From assembly GCA_965215005.1 (NCBI GenBank), contig CBDCCZ010000010.1, positions 1 through 64,000 of the forward strand: DNA of 64,000 nucleotides, given 5' to 3'. Below the pieces are notes generated by a model that did not search any database, had not been told where the DNA came from, and saw only the letters and a program-made list of their open reading frames with translations. This document shows, piece after piece, positions 9,984 to 20,468 of this stretch. Positions within the stretch are counted from its first letter, which is position 1. Every line of letters begins with the position of its first letter. The DNA comes from Kofleriaceae bacterium. Its GTDB lineage: Bacteria > Myxococcota_A > Polyangia > Haliangiales > Haliangiaceae. The position numbers were made by a program, and so were the translations under genes.

Positions 9984-10673
9984 GTGAAACCTCTGGAGCC
10001 CACTGCCGTGCCGATCCTCTATCGCGACGAGTCGCTGGTTATCGTCGCCAAACCCAGCGGACTACTCGTGCACCGCGGCTGGGCGCGCGACGAGTTGGTT
10101 GCGATGAGCCTCGTGCGCGATGCGGTCGGCGGCTGGGTGTATCCAGTGCATCGTCTCGATCGCGGCGCCAGCGGCGCGCTGGCGTTTGCGCTGTCGCCGC
10201 AAGCGGCCGCTCCTCTTGGAGAGGCCTTTGCGACGGGCGCGGTGGATAAGCGGTACCTGGCGCTGGTGCGTGGGGTTCCGCCGACCGAGGGCGTCATCGA
10301 TTATCCGCTGCCGCGCCGCCCCGACGGGCCGCGAGTGCCGGCGATTACGGCGTTTTGCGTGCTCGCCCGCTATGGCCGCTACACCTTCATTGAAGCCCGC
10401 CCCCGGACCGGCAGGCTTCACCAGATTCGCAAGCACCTCAAGCACATTGCGTGTCCGCTCATCGGCGACGTCAAGTACGGCAAAGGCGAGCACAACCGCT
10501 TCTTTCGCGAGCGTTTCGCGCTCGACCGCCTGGCGTTGCACGCCCACCAACTCACCGTGCCACACCCGAGCACCGGCCGAGCGATCACGGTGCAGGCTCC
10601 TTTGCCAGCCGAGCTGCAGCGCGCACTCGATGGCTTAGCGGCGCTCGATCGAGACCGTCGCCAAGGCCAGTAA
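9984..10673 (+). CDS. RluA/TruC-family pseudouridine synthase
   Basis: KPSGLLVH, catalytic HRLDR, TGRLHQIRKH, IGDVKYGKG. Start placed at GTG 9984, 7 nt after TATGCT; ATG 9972 is the alternative. Confidence 0.88.
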   Translation: MKPLEPTAVPILYRDESLVIVAKPSGLLVHRGWARDELVAMSLVRDAVGGWVYPVHRLDRGASGALAFALSPQAAAPLGEAFATGAVDKRYLALVRGVPPTEGVIDYPLPRRPDGPRVPAITAFCVLARYGRYTFIEARPRTGRLHQIRKHLKHIACPLIGDVKYGKGEHNRFFRERFALDRLALHAHQLTVPHPSTGRAITVQAPLPAELQRALDGLAALDRDRRQGQ

Positions 10674-10712
10674 TCTGGCCTGGCAGCCTCGCGGGCACGA
10701 GCGACCTTCGGC

Positions 10713-11672
10713 TCATGGGGCGCGCGTCCCATAGACCGCCTGGCGCACCGCTTCGGCAGCATCGATCATCGCGGCTCCGGCCGAGGTGAGCATCAGCGTC
10801 GGCACTTCGATGACGCCGCGGCCGTCGGCGCACGCCTTCAGGCGTTGCAAGCCGGGATGGGCGCAGAGGGACGCCGCCATTCCCTCCGTCACGATGATGT
10901 AGTCGGGGTCGAGCATCAGCAGATCCTCCGAGCTGTACTGCGGCCAGCCGTGATACTTGCCGGCCGCCGCGTCTCGAAGGCCCGCTGCTTGCAGAACCTC
11001 ATGGAAGCTCGAGCCAACCGTGCCGCCAAACAACCGGTCGCCGTAGATACTCACGTAGATGGCTTCGCGGCGTTCTGCGCTGGGAATATCGGCGGCCACC
11101 GCAGCGAGCCGACGCGCAACCTGTCGAGCGAGCCTTTCGCCCCGCTGCGGTGCGCCCAGCAAGGTCGCGACCTGGCGGCTGTTTGGCAACAAATCGGCAG
11201 TGCCGCGCATTTGCCCCAGATCGAACACCGCAACCCCCGCCTCGCGCAGCCGCGCGGCACGCGCCGGGTCGCCGTGCGAGTGCAGCAGCACCAGGTCGGG
11301 CTCGAGCGCGAGCACCGCCTCGAGCTCGGTGGCCGACGCCAGTCGTGGGATGCCCGCGAAGCGATAGCCATCGTCGAGCTCCTCGAGGCCGTAGTCCACG
11401 ACCGCCGCGATGCGGTCAGGCTCGGCGAGCGCCAGGAGCAGCTCGCGCGCAATCGGTGAGCCGCCAATGATATGGCGATATTCTCGAAGCGGCACCGGAT
11501 AGCCGGTCGCATCGAGCAGCGCCGGCTCCCCATTGGGCAACGTGACGAGCCCGCTATCCGCGGCGGCGCGGACGCGCGGCACCGGCGGCGCTCCACCCGG
11601 CAGCATCACCAGCGCAGCCAAAGCCAATGCAACCGTGACCGCCGCGCCGTTGGCAATATCGACCTTGCTCAC
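10713..11672 (-). CDS. btuF: Cobalamin ABC transporter substrate-binding protein (BtuF-like)
   Basis: LEAVLALEPDLV and EDLLMLDPDYII class III SBP motifs; last gene of the riboswitch operon. Confidence 0.8.
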   Translation of the reverse strand: MSKVDIANGAAVTVALALAALVMLPGGAPPVPRVRAAADSGLVTLPNGEPALLDATGYPVPLREYRHIIGGSPIARELLLALAEPDRIAAVVDYGLEELDDGYRFAGIPRLASATELEAVLALEPDLVLLHSHGDPARAARLREAGVAVFDLGQMRGTADLLPNSRQVATLLGAPQRGERLARQVARRLAAVAADIPSAERREAIYVSIYGDRLFGGTVGSSFHEVLQAAGLRDAAAGKYHGWPQYSSEDLLMLDPDYIIVTEGMAASLCAHPGLQRLKACADGRGVIEVPTLMLTSAGAAMIDAAEAVRQAVYGTRAP

Positions 11673-12439
11673 GTTGCAACCAGCCGGTGAAAGCTCGGCG
11701 CACCATCGGGATGCATCTCCACCGAGTACACGGCCCGCACCAGCGCTTCATCCAGCACCGCTCGTGCCGGACCGCACGCGACCGCTCTGCCCCGCTGCAG
11801 CACCAGCGCGATATCGGCAAACCGCCGCGCATCATCGAGCTCGTGCAGTACGCAGACGACGGCTTTGCCGCCTGCCGCGAGCTGGCGCATGCGATGACAG
11901 AGCTCGAGCCGATGCGCGATGTCGAGCGAGCTAGTCGGCTCGTCTAATAGGATGATGGGTGCGCCGGTGCAGAGCGCCCGCGCGATCAAGACTAAGCGCT
12001 GCTCGCCGCCGGAGAGCTCGGGAAATCGCCGCTGCGCCAGACTCGCAACACCCGCCTGGTGCATGGCTTGCTCGGCAGCGACGCCGATGGCGTGCCGGCT
12101 CTCTCCAAACAGCGCCCGCCCCATCGCGACCACGTCGGCCACCGACATCGCGGCGCTGAGCTGCGAGCGCTGCGGCACGTAAGCGAGCCGACGCGCACGG
12201 TCGGCGCGATCGAGCCGCGCGAGCGGCTGCCCGAGCACCACCACCTCACCGGCGCTCACCTCGAGTAAGCCAAGCAGCGCCTTGAGCAACGTGGTCTTGC
12301 CGGCACCATTGGGCCCTACGATGGCGGTGACGGCGCCAATCGGGGCGACGATATGAACATCCTCGAGCACCCGGGTGGCGCCGCGATGAACCCGCAGACC
12401 CCGACCGACGAGCGCAGTGCGGCAATCAGATGGCACCAA
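11669..12439 (-). CDS. btuD: Cobalamin/iron-chelate ABC ATPase (BtuD-like)
   Basis: GPNGAGKTT, LSGGEQRLVLIARAL, LLDEPT, VLHEL. Confidence 0.85.
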   Translation of the reverse strand: MVPSDCRTALVGRGLRVHRGATRVLEDVHIVAPIGAVTAIVGPNGAGKTTLLKALLGLLEVSAGEVVVLGQPLARLDRADRARRLAYVPQRSQLSAAMSVADVVAMGRALFGESRHAIGVAAEQAMHQAGVASLAQRRFPELSGGEQRLVLIARALCTGAPIILLDEPTSSLDIAHRLELCHRMRQLAAGGKAVVCVLHELDDARRFADIALVLQRGRAVACGPARAVLDEALVRAVYSVEMHPDGAPSFHRLVAT

Positions 12440-13406
12440 GAGCCTCCCTTCGGCCCCTCATCAGGAGCACGAGAAATAGCGGCGCGCCAATGACCCCGGT
12501 GACAACGCCGAGCGGCAGCTCGCCGCGGCCGGGAAACAGGCGCGCCAATACATCGCAAGCGATTACGAACGCGCCACCTAGAAGCGCCGCCGCCGGCACC
12601 AGGCGGCGATGCGACACACCTATGAATGAGCGACATACGTGCGGTACGACGAGTCCGACGAAGCCGACATTGCCACCCACCGCCACCGCACCGGCGGTCA
12701 ACAGCGCTGTCCACGTAACGATCCAGCGCCGCACCCGCCGCGGATCCACGCCGAGGGTGGCGGCCTCTTCTGCGCCCGACAGCAGCAGATCGAGATGCCT
12801 CGACCAGCTCCAAACCGCCGCAACACCGCAGATAGCCAGCGTCCAAATCAGTGCCACCTGCCGCAAGCCTGCGCCGCCCACGCCACCCAAGGTGAACGCC
12901 ACTACCGCGCGACCGAGCTCGTAGCGTTCCTGGGCCACCGCCATGAGGAACGCGCCCACGCTGAGAAACAGCGCCGACAACAGAAAACCCGCCAGCAGCA
13001 CCACCACCATGTCGTCCCCGAGGCGCGCGATCGCTAGCAGCAGCACCAACGCTCCCAGCGCGCCGATCATGCAGCCAAGTGGCAACAGCATCTCTGGTGC
13101 GATGGTGAGCGCGCCGGTTTGGGCAACGAGCTGGCCACCGATCATGGCGGCTTGCCCACCCACGCTAGCACCGGCTGTCGTGCCCAAGATCGACGGTGAG
13201 GCCAAGGGATTGCGAAACAACCCCTGCACCGCCACGCCTCCCACTGCCAGCGCCGCGCCCATCCCAAATGCCGTGGCCACGCGGTAGCCGCGCAACCGCA
13301 AAATCGTCGTGCGCAGCGCGCCGCTTGCCAAGTCCGCGTGACCGACCAAGATGCCCAGCGTCGCGAGCGCCGCCGCCAGCGCGAGCAGAAACAGCCAACC
13401 TTTCAC
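12426..13406 (-). CDS. btuC: FecCD/BtuC-family permease
   Basis: QGLFRNPLASPSILG, GFVGLVVPH, ELPLGVVTGVIGAPLF; directly behind a B12 riboswitch. Confidence 0.88.
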   Translation of the reverse strand: MKGWLFLLALAAALATLGILVGHADLASGALRTTILRLRGYRVATAFGMGAALAVGGVAVQGLFRNPLASPSILGTTAGASVGGQAAMIGGQLVAQTGALTIAPEMLLPLGCMIGALGALVLLLAIARLGDDMVVVLLAGFLLSALFLSVGAFLMAVAQERYELGRAVVAFTLGGVGGAGLRQVALIWTLAICGVAAVWSWSRHLDLLLSGAEEAATLGVDPRRVRRWIVTWTALLTAGAVAVGGNVGFVGLVVPHVCRSFIGVSHRRLVPAAALLGGAFVIACDVLARLFPGRGELPLGVVTGVIGAPLFLVLLMRGRREALGAI

Positions 13407-13472
13407 CGCAGCGCTCCGCCGGCGACTGCCACGCGATTGCCCCAGATGCAGCGACTAAATGATGCGTTGGTC

Positions 13473-13506
13473 AAACAAAAACCCCTTCGCGAGTGAACGA
13501 AGGGGC
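13473..13506 (-). terminator. Intrinsic terminator in the btu leader (riboswitch expression platform)
   Basis: Minus strand CCCCTTCG-TTCACTCG-CGAAGGGG followed by TTTTTGTTT. Confidence 0.75.
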
Positions 13507-13574
13507 TGTTGCGGCATCATCCTTGCGCAGCCGCGCGAGCGACCTCCCGTGGCACCCGCGGGACAGACGACGAA

Positions 13575-13744
13575 GCGCTGCGAGGAGGTCTCCTGGCTCG
13601 TGGCGCGTGAGCCTGCTCGTTCAAAGACAGCCTCACGAAGCCTTCGCCTTCCCCGTTTCCGAGTGGCTGATTCGAAGGCTTTTTCCACTTACAGTGGCGG
13701 GGACCGCGCCGGTCTTGCACCGGACTTCCCTGATCCCGCAACGC
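13575..13744 (-). promoter_or_regulatory. Cobalamin (B12) riboswitch
   Basis: Minus strand AGGGAAGTCCGGTGCAAGACCGGCGCGGTCCCCGCCACTGT...GCCACTCGG...GGGAAGGC...GAGCCAGGAGACCT (B12 box); P1 GCGTTGCGGG/CTCGCAGCGC; upstream of btuCDF. Confidence 0.95.
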
Positions 13745-13889
13745 GCTATGGTGATGTCGGCTGCTGTATACGCCGAGCTCACAGCACCGGTCAAGCCTCC
13801 TCTGCCCAGCCCGACGCCAGCCCGAGTGTGCCTCCCGTCGTTCCAGAAACGCCCGTCCGAAGAAGCTCGCCCCTGCGCGGCCGCGGTCG

Positions 13890-14390
13890 TCAATTCTCGG
13901 TGGCGGCGAGCTCTTGCTCGAGCAGCTCGACGACATCGCGAAACTGCTCGCGGTTGTGCGCGCTGAGCTCCATGAGGCTGCGATGCGCCTCGAGCATCGT
14001 GAGCGCGATGCTCGGCTCCTCGTTTGGCCGCCGAGGTAGCTCGCTCGGCTCGGGCAAGGGAGCACCAGCGGCCTCGACGATGTCGAACACCTCATCAAAG
14101 CCCATGCTCAGCAGCACTTCATTGATGTCGTGACGACTCGAGACGATGATGATGCGAGGCGCGCCGCGATCGCGGCAGCGAATGGCGATGCGGGCGAGCA
14201 GTCCGAGGTTGGTGCTGTCAATCGTCCGCGTATCCGTCAAGTCGATCACGAACGAGGGCTGTGGGAGCTCTTCGAACAGCGCGGTCACGAAGCGATCGAG
14301 CGCAGGGCTCAGCGGATAGCGTATATCGCCTTCGAATCGCAGCACGTGGAGATCATCGATGTGGGCGTCGAGCACGCGGCCTTCGGTCAT
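13890..14390 (-). CDS. STAS-domain anti-sigma-factor antagonist (RssC-like)
   Basis: VLRFEGDIRY, FVIDLTDTRTIDSTNLGLLA (conserved phospho-Ser in DST), SMGFDEVF; ATGA overlap with the upstream gene. Confidence 0.82.
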   Translation of the reverse strand: MTEGRVLDAHIDDLHVLRFEGDIRYPLSPALDRFVTALFEELPQPSFVIDLTDTRTIDSTNLGLLARIAIRCRDRGAPRIIIVSSRHDINEVLLSMGFDEVFDIVEAAGAPLPEPSELPRRPNEEPSIALTMLEAHRSLMELSAHNREQFRDVVELLEQELAATEN

Positions 14391-15664
14391 GAGTCGAGCT
14401 CCCTTGCAATGAGCAGCACCGTGACATCGTCGGGCAGCTCCGTGGTCTTGCCCAGGCCCAGCATGGAGGTGATGACCTCGATGTCGCCACCGGAGTCCCT
14501 CAGCGCGAGTTGCATCACCGCCTGCGCGTGCCCGACCACGGCACTGGCGGCGCCGCGCGCAAGATGATCGATGATGCCGTCGGAAACCAGCAACAGGCGG
14601 AAACGGCTAGGAAGCGGCAACCGCGCCGATTTGAAGGTATATCCGTCGAAGAGGCCAACCGGACGTCCGCGCAGGTCCAGCGCCTTGCATTCGGCGCCAT
14701 CGAACAACAGCGGGTACGGAAATTGGGCGCCGGTGCTGTAGGTAAGCGTGCTTTCGCGCGCGTCGATGACGCCGTAGAACACGGTCACGTGCTTGTCGAG
14801 GCGCTGAGCGCGGAGATCGCGGTCGAGGCGCTGCAGGGTCTGGCAGGGATGGAGCAGCGTGGGATCGCCTTCACGGGCGAAGGCCCCGATGTACTGACTC
14901 ATCAACGTCTTGACGATCACCGTAACAAACGCCGAGGCCGCGCCGTGACCAGCGACGTCGGCCATGTAAAACCCCGCGTGACGCTCGCCCACCGGGAAGA
15001 AATCGACGAAATCCCCGCTCAGAGATGCCGATGGGTACAAGCGCCGATGGAATCGACAGCCGCCCAGGCGCGTGGCGTCGGGCGGCAACAGCTGCGATTG
15101 CAGCTTTCGCCCCGCCTCTTCTTCCTCGTGAAATCGCTCCACCGCCCGCGTGAGCTCGCGATTGAGCTCCTCGAGATGCTCGCGATGCCGGCGATTTTCG
15201 CGCGCCAGCTCGACCTTCTCGAGCGCTCGCCACACCGCACGCTCGAGCACCTCGATATCCCCTAGCGGCTTGGTGATGAAGTCCCACGCTCCGGCTTTGA
15301 GAGCATTGACCGCATCGTCGATGTGTCCCGCCCCCGACACCATGATCACAGGAGTCTCTGGCGACTCTGCGCTGATGCTTGCCAACACCGAATGGCCGTC
15401 GCGGCCCGGCAAACGGAGGTCACACAGCACCACGTCGGGCTCGTCTTGGCGAAATCTCGCCAGGCCCGCGTCGCCGTCGCCAGCTTCGATCATGTCAAAG
15501 CCGCGCTCGGCGAGGAGACGAACCACGATTGAACGAACCAGCGGATCGTCTTCGATGGAGAGCACGCATGGCCGCTCTCGCGCTTTGCGCGCCGTGCCGC
15601 GTGTCTCCGAATGTCCGAGCTCGCTCGCCATTCGCCCCCGTTTGGGTCGGCGGATGCCGGCCAC
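14387..15664 (-). CDS. Response regulator REC fused to PP2C/SpoIIE phosphatase (RssB-like)
   Basis: REC: IEDD, LCDLRLP, DFITKP; PP2C: LSGDFVD, MADVAGHG, SDG, DDVT. Confidence 0.88.
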   Translation of the reverse strand: MAGIRRPKRGRMASELGHSETRGTARKARERPCVLSIEDDPLVRSIVVRLLAERGFDMIEAGDGDAGLARFRQDEPDVVLCDLRLPGRDGHSVLASISAESPETPVIMVSGAGHIDDAVNALKAGAWDFITKPLGDIEVLERAVWRALEKVELARENRRHREHLEELNRELTRAVERFHEEEEAGRKLQSQLLPPDATRLGGCRFHRRLYPSASLSGDFVDFFPVGERHAGFYMADVAGHGAASAFVTVIVKTLMSQYIGAFAREGDPTLLHPCQTLQRLDRDLRAQRLDKHVTVFYGVIDARESTLTYSTGAQFPYPLLFDGAECKALDLRGRPVGLFDGYTFKSARLPLPSRFRLLLVSDGIIDHLARGAASAVVGHAQAVMQLALRDSGGDIEVITSMLGLGKTTELPDDVTVLLIARELDS

Positions 15665-15783
15665 TCACGACAGAATACCTCCCGCGGGCGCCGCGCGAGC
15701 AACTTTTGCCCGCTGGCGTGCTCGCGGCAGGTGCGCGTCGTGAGCGGCCCCGCCGCGGCGGCGGGGCTATTCCCGCGAGTCTC

Positions 15784-17379
15784 TCAGCAGGGGCCGTCGT
15801 CGCAGCAGTCGCCAAACCGGGCGCAGGCGGTGTCGCAGTAGCAACCCGCGGGGGCGCGGCCGCCGCAAGCGTTGGTCTGCACGCACGAAGCATCGTCGAC
15901 GGGTGCACCACCGCCACAGCTCGAGCCAACCCCAACCTCGCACCAAGCCGCGGCAACCGAGTCGCACTGCGAGCCGTATCCCAGCGCTTCGCAGGCGTCC
16001 ATGGTCGCGGTGCGAGCGGCGTTGTAGCTGGTGCTCGAGGTCATGTAGCTCGTGAGCGCGCGGTACCAGATCTTGGCCGCCTTAGAGATCCCAATCCCAT
16101 CGACCGTGGCCACGCGATGTTGCGGATCCGGGTGATCTCCGCCTTGAGCCAAGAGATAGAAAAACAAGTTGGCAATGCCGGAGTTGAGATGAACGCCACC
16201 GTTGTCTCCGCTGCCGGTGTAGCGTTCGCTGTAGTGATCCCGGCTCGCACCATCGACCGTGGGATCGTTCATATAGCGAAGCGCATCGCCCGCCACCGCC
16301 GGTGACCACACGTCCTCACCGATCTTCCACGTGTTGGCGTTGATGCCGCCATCGACGTGCGCCTCGACCGCAGCCGCCAAGATATCCGAAGTTGCTTCGT
16401 TGAGCGCGCCGGACTCACCCGAGTAAATGAGATTGGCGGTGTAGTCGGTCACGGCATGGCCAAACTCGTGAGCAACGATATCGAGTGACACCAGCGGCCC
16501 CGAGGTGCTGCCATCACCATCGCCATAGCTGAGAACGCTGCCGTTCCAAAACGCGTTGACGTAGCTCGAGCCGTAATGGACATAGGAGCTCACGCGCGCC
16601 CCTGCGCCATCGAAGCTATCTCGGCCGTGCCGCGCCGAGTAATACTCCAGCGTCTGGAGCGCGTGCTGGTGAGCCTGCGCCGCCGTCACGTCAGCAGAGT
16701 CGGCAATCGTCGCGCCGTTATAGCTAGTGCCGTTCTTCAGATCAAAGGTCCGCGCGTCCTCCGCAGAGAGTTGATAGGTTTTCAAGTTGTCGTAGCGCAT
16801 CAGCTCGTAACCGGTGTGTGCATCTACGAAGACGACTGGCATGGAGGGCTCATCGGACATCGACCGATCCGCTTCGACGCGATAGGCGAGATGATCATCC
16901 TCCCCGAGGCGCAGAATCATGAGCTCCGCGCTGGAGTCTTCGCTTTGATCCCAGCGCTGGCCAAAGGCTACCTCCACGGCGTCGGCAGTCGTTAGCAGCG
17001 GCTGCGTCTCAACGGTGATGCCGCGGACAAAGCCATACGTGAGGCTGTCGAGGTCGCCGCGCTCATCCCAGTGCACAATCGCATCGCCGCCGAATACAGG
17101 AATGCCCTGATGAACCTGCGACACGTACGTATGGGTTCGGCCGGTGTGCTCTACCCGGGTCTTCTCGATGAGCATTCCATCGATCCCGCGCAGAAGCGAC
17201 GGATCTTGCCGCTGCAATAGCTGCAGGGTCCTGGCCTCGGCGAGCACTGCTAGCTTACGCGCCCCCTGCGGCTGCATCGCCGCTGGAGCTGCCTCGTCTG
17301 ACGAAGCTGTCAACTGGCAACCTAACGTCATAGTGGACGCGAGTATCCACACAGCAGACAACGAATACGACTTGCGCAA
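15784..17379 (-). CDS. M4 (thermolysin-family) metallopeptidase preproprotein with C-terminal Cys-rich somatomedin-B-like module
   Basis: FTP/PepSY prodomain, NAFWNG, HEFGH, GALNEATSD, DNGGVHLNSGI. Start chosen at TTG 17379 after GGAGG; lipobox-like TLGC. Confidence 0.92.
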   Translation of the reverse strand: MRKSYSLSAVWILASTMTLGCQLTASSDEAAPAAMQPQGARKLAVLAEARTLQLLQRQDPSLLRGIDGMLIEKTRVEHTGRTHTYVSQVHQGIPVFGGDAIVHWDERGDLDSLTYGFVRGITVETQPLLTTADAVEVAFGQRWDQSEDSSAELMILRLGEDDHLAYRVEADRSMSDEPSMPVVFVDAHTGYELMRYDNLKTYQLSAEDARTFDLKNGTSYNGATIADSADVTAAQAHQHALQTLEYYSARHGRDSFDGAGARVSSYVHYGSSYVNAFWNGSVLSYGDGDGSTSGPLVSLDIVAHEFGHAVTDYTANLIYSGESGALNEATSDILAAAVEAHVDGGINANTWKIGEDVWSPAVAGDALRYMNDPTVDGASRDHYSERYTGSGDNGGVHLNSGIANLFFYLLAQGGDHPDPQHRVATVDGIGISKAAKIWYRALTSYMTSSTSYNAARTATMDACEALGYGSQCDSVAAAWCEVGVGSSCGGGAPVDDASCVQTNACGGRAPAGCYCDTACARFGDCCDDGPC

Positions 17380-17612
17380 CAGCGCACCTCCCTCGAATGA
17401 TTGCATGTGCCGCCGGTTCAGGTTTGACCGCTGGCAGCAAGGCACGTCTATCGGCGACGCGGCCCATTCCGAATCGCTATTCCTCCACGTTCGTTGCCAG
17501 GTGATCAATCGAGATGATTTTTGCAGTCGTGACCACGTCGCTCCGCCGCATGGATGTACTCGGCCCCGATGTCGCCTCTACGGCCCTCATCGGAGACGGC
17601 AACGAACGCTAG

Positions 17613-18815
<1,203 letters not shown>

Positions 18816-18829
18816 GTGAGAGCACCACC

Positions 18830-19666
18830 ATGAGCATTCTTTCCCGCGCGAGCCGACACAAGCTGTTTGGCGGCTTTCAAGACGTCTATCAACACCAATC
18901 GCAGACGCTGGGGTGCACAATGAAGCTCGGCGTCTATCTGCCGCCAGCGGCACGAGAGCGCGTCTGTCCGGTGCTCTACTGGCTCAGCGGCCTCACCTGC
19001 ACCGAGCAGAACTTCGTTACCAAAGCGGGCGCGCAACGCGCTGCGTCCGAGTTGGGAATCATCCTCGTGGTGCCAGACACCAGCCCGCGAGGAGCCGCTG
19101 TAGCCGACGACGACAGCGATGACCTCGGCCAAGGCGCCGGTTTCTACGTCAACGCCACGCGCGAGCCGTGGAGCCAGCACTACCGCATGTACGACTACAT
19201 CGTCTCGGAGCTGCCGCGTCTCATCGAAGCCGAAATTTCAGCCTCCGATCAGATCAGCATCGCGGGCCACTCCATGGGCGGTCACGGCGCGTTGGTCATC
19301 GCCTTGCGCAATCCCGGCCGCTATCGCGCGGTTTCGGCGCTGGCGCCGATTGCTTCGCCGATGCGCTGCCCGTGGGGCCAGAAGGCGCTAACGGCCTACC
19401 TGGGCACCGATGAGAGCGCGTGGCGCGACTACGACGCCAGTCAGCTCGTGCCGCTGGCCAAAGAGCGATTGCCGCTCCTCATCGACCAGGGCCTGGACGA
19501 CCCGTTCCTCGCGACGCAGCTACACCCCGAGTACCTCGAGCGCGCTTGCGCCGACCACGGCCATCCACTCGAGCTGCGGCGCCACCCTGGCTACGATCAC
19601 AGCTATTACTTCATTGCCACCTTCATCGGTGACCACCTCGCCCACCACGCCCGCGCGCTGCAATGA
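18830..19666 (+). CDS. fghA: S-formylglutathione hydrolase
   Basis: WLSGLTCT, PDTSPRG, nucleophile GHSMGGHG, GYDHSYYF. Confidence 0.95.
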   Translation: MSILSRASRHKLFGGFQDVYQHQSQTLGCTMKLGVYLPPAARERVCPVLYWLSGLTCTEQNFVTKAGAQRAASELGIILVVPDTSPRGAAVADDDSDDLGQGAGFYVNATREPWSQHYRMYDYIVSELPRLIEAEISASDQISIAGHSMGGHGALVIALRNPGRYRAVSALAPIASPMRCPWGQKALTAYLGTDESAWRDYDASQLVPLAKERLPLLIDQGLDDPFLATQLHPEYLERACADHGHPLELRRHPGYDHSYYFIATFIGDHLAHHARALQ

Positions 19667-19711
19667 CGCTGGACCGTGCGCACCGCGAGCCTGCGATGCG
19701 CACGTGTCACC

Positions 19712-20143
19712 TCAGATCGTATCGACTTTGTTGCCGGCTTTTTTCCAGCCGACGATACCCGCGTGCATGACCTTGGCTTCGTAGCCGTTTTGCTTGGCCA
19801 TCTTCGCCGCGGCCGGCGCCGCGCCGCATTGCTCGTTGTAGCAATAGAACACCAGCTTATCGCCCTTGCTCGCCTTGAGCTCGGACATGTCGAAGCCGCT
19901 CGAGCTAGAAAGCAGTCGTGCGCCCGGCACCACGCCTTCGGACTTGCGAGTCTTCTCGCTGTTGGCGTCGACCATGATCACCTTCCCAGCCTTGGCCGCT
20001 TGCGCCGCGGCCTCGACGGAGATGTTCGCCGGCTCGGCGTCATTCTTGGCGGTCTTAGCGCCTTCCTTGTGCTTGTCGCATGCGACGGCAACGCCGCCGA
20101 CAGTGAGGCCTAGCGCAATCAGCGCGGCAATGAAGAGCTTCAT
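19712..20143 (-). CDS. Exported rhodanese-like domain protein
   Basis: Signal peptide; MVDAN...GVVPGA, LVFYCYNEQC, GIVGWKKAG; GGAGG RBS. Confidence 0.8.
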   Translation of the reverse strand: MKLFIAALIALGLTVGGVAVACDKHKEGAKTAKNDAEPANISVEAAAQAAKAGKVIMVDANSEKTRKSEGVVPGARLLSSSSGFDMSELKASKGDKLVFYCYNEQCGAAPAAAKMAKQNGYEAKVMHAGIVGWKKAGNKVDTI

Positions 20144-20468
20144 CGGTGCTTCCTCCGGATCGAGTTTACCGAGCCGTCACCACGGCGGCTCCTTGGATAG
20201 AGCCAAGCTTAGCGGAAGTCGTTACGGAGAAACGCATGACTGCGTTCGACGCAGCGCGTTGAATGCGTGCCGCTTGCCTCGACTGGGAAGAAGCAGGGGC
20301 CGTGCCCGTCGCCGCAGCGACCACTGACATCTAGTAACGTGCGGGTCGGCACGCTTCGCGCGAGGTGCGAATCATGTATCTTACGTCGCGCCGCGCGCTC
20401 GCAACCCGCAGCGCGCTCGTCCGAAGAATCATTACGTGAGTACCCTGAACTACCTCAAGGATGTCGCC

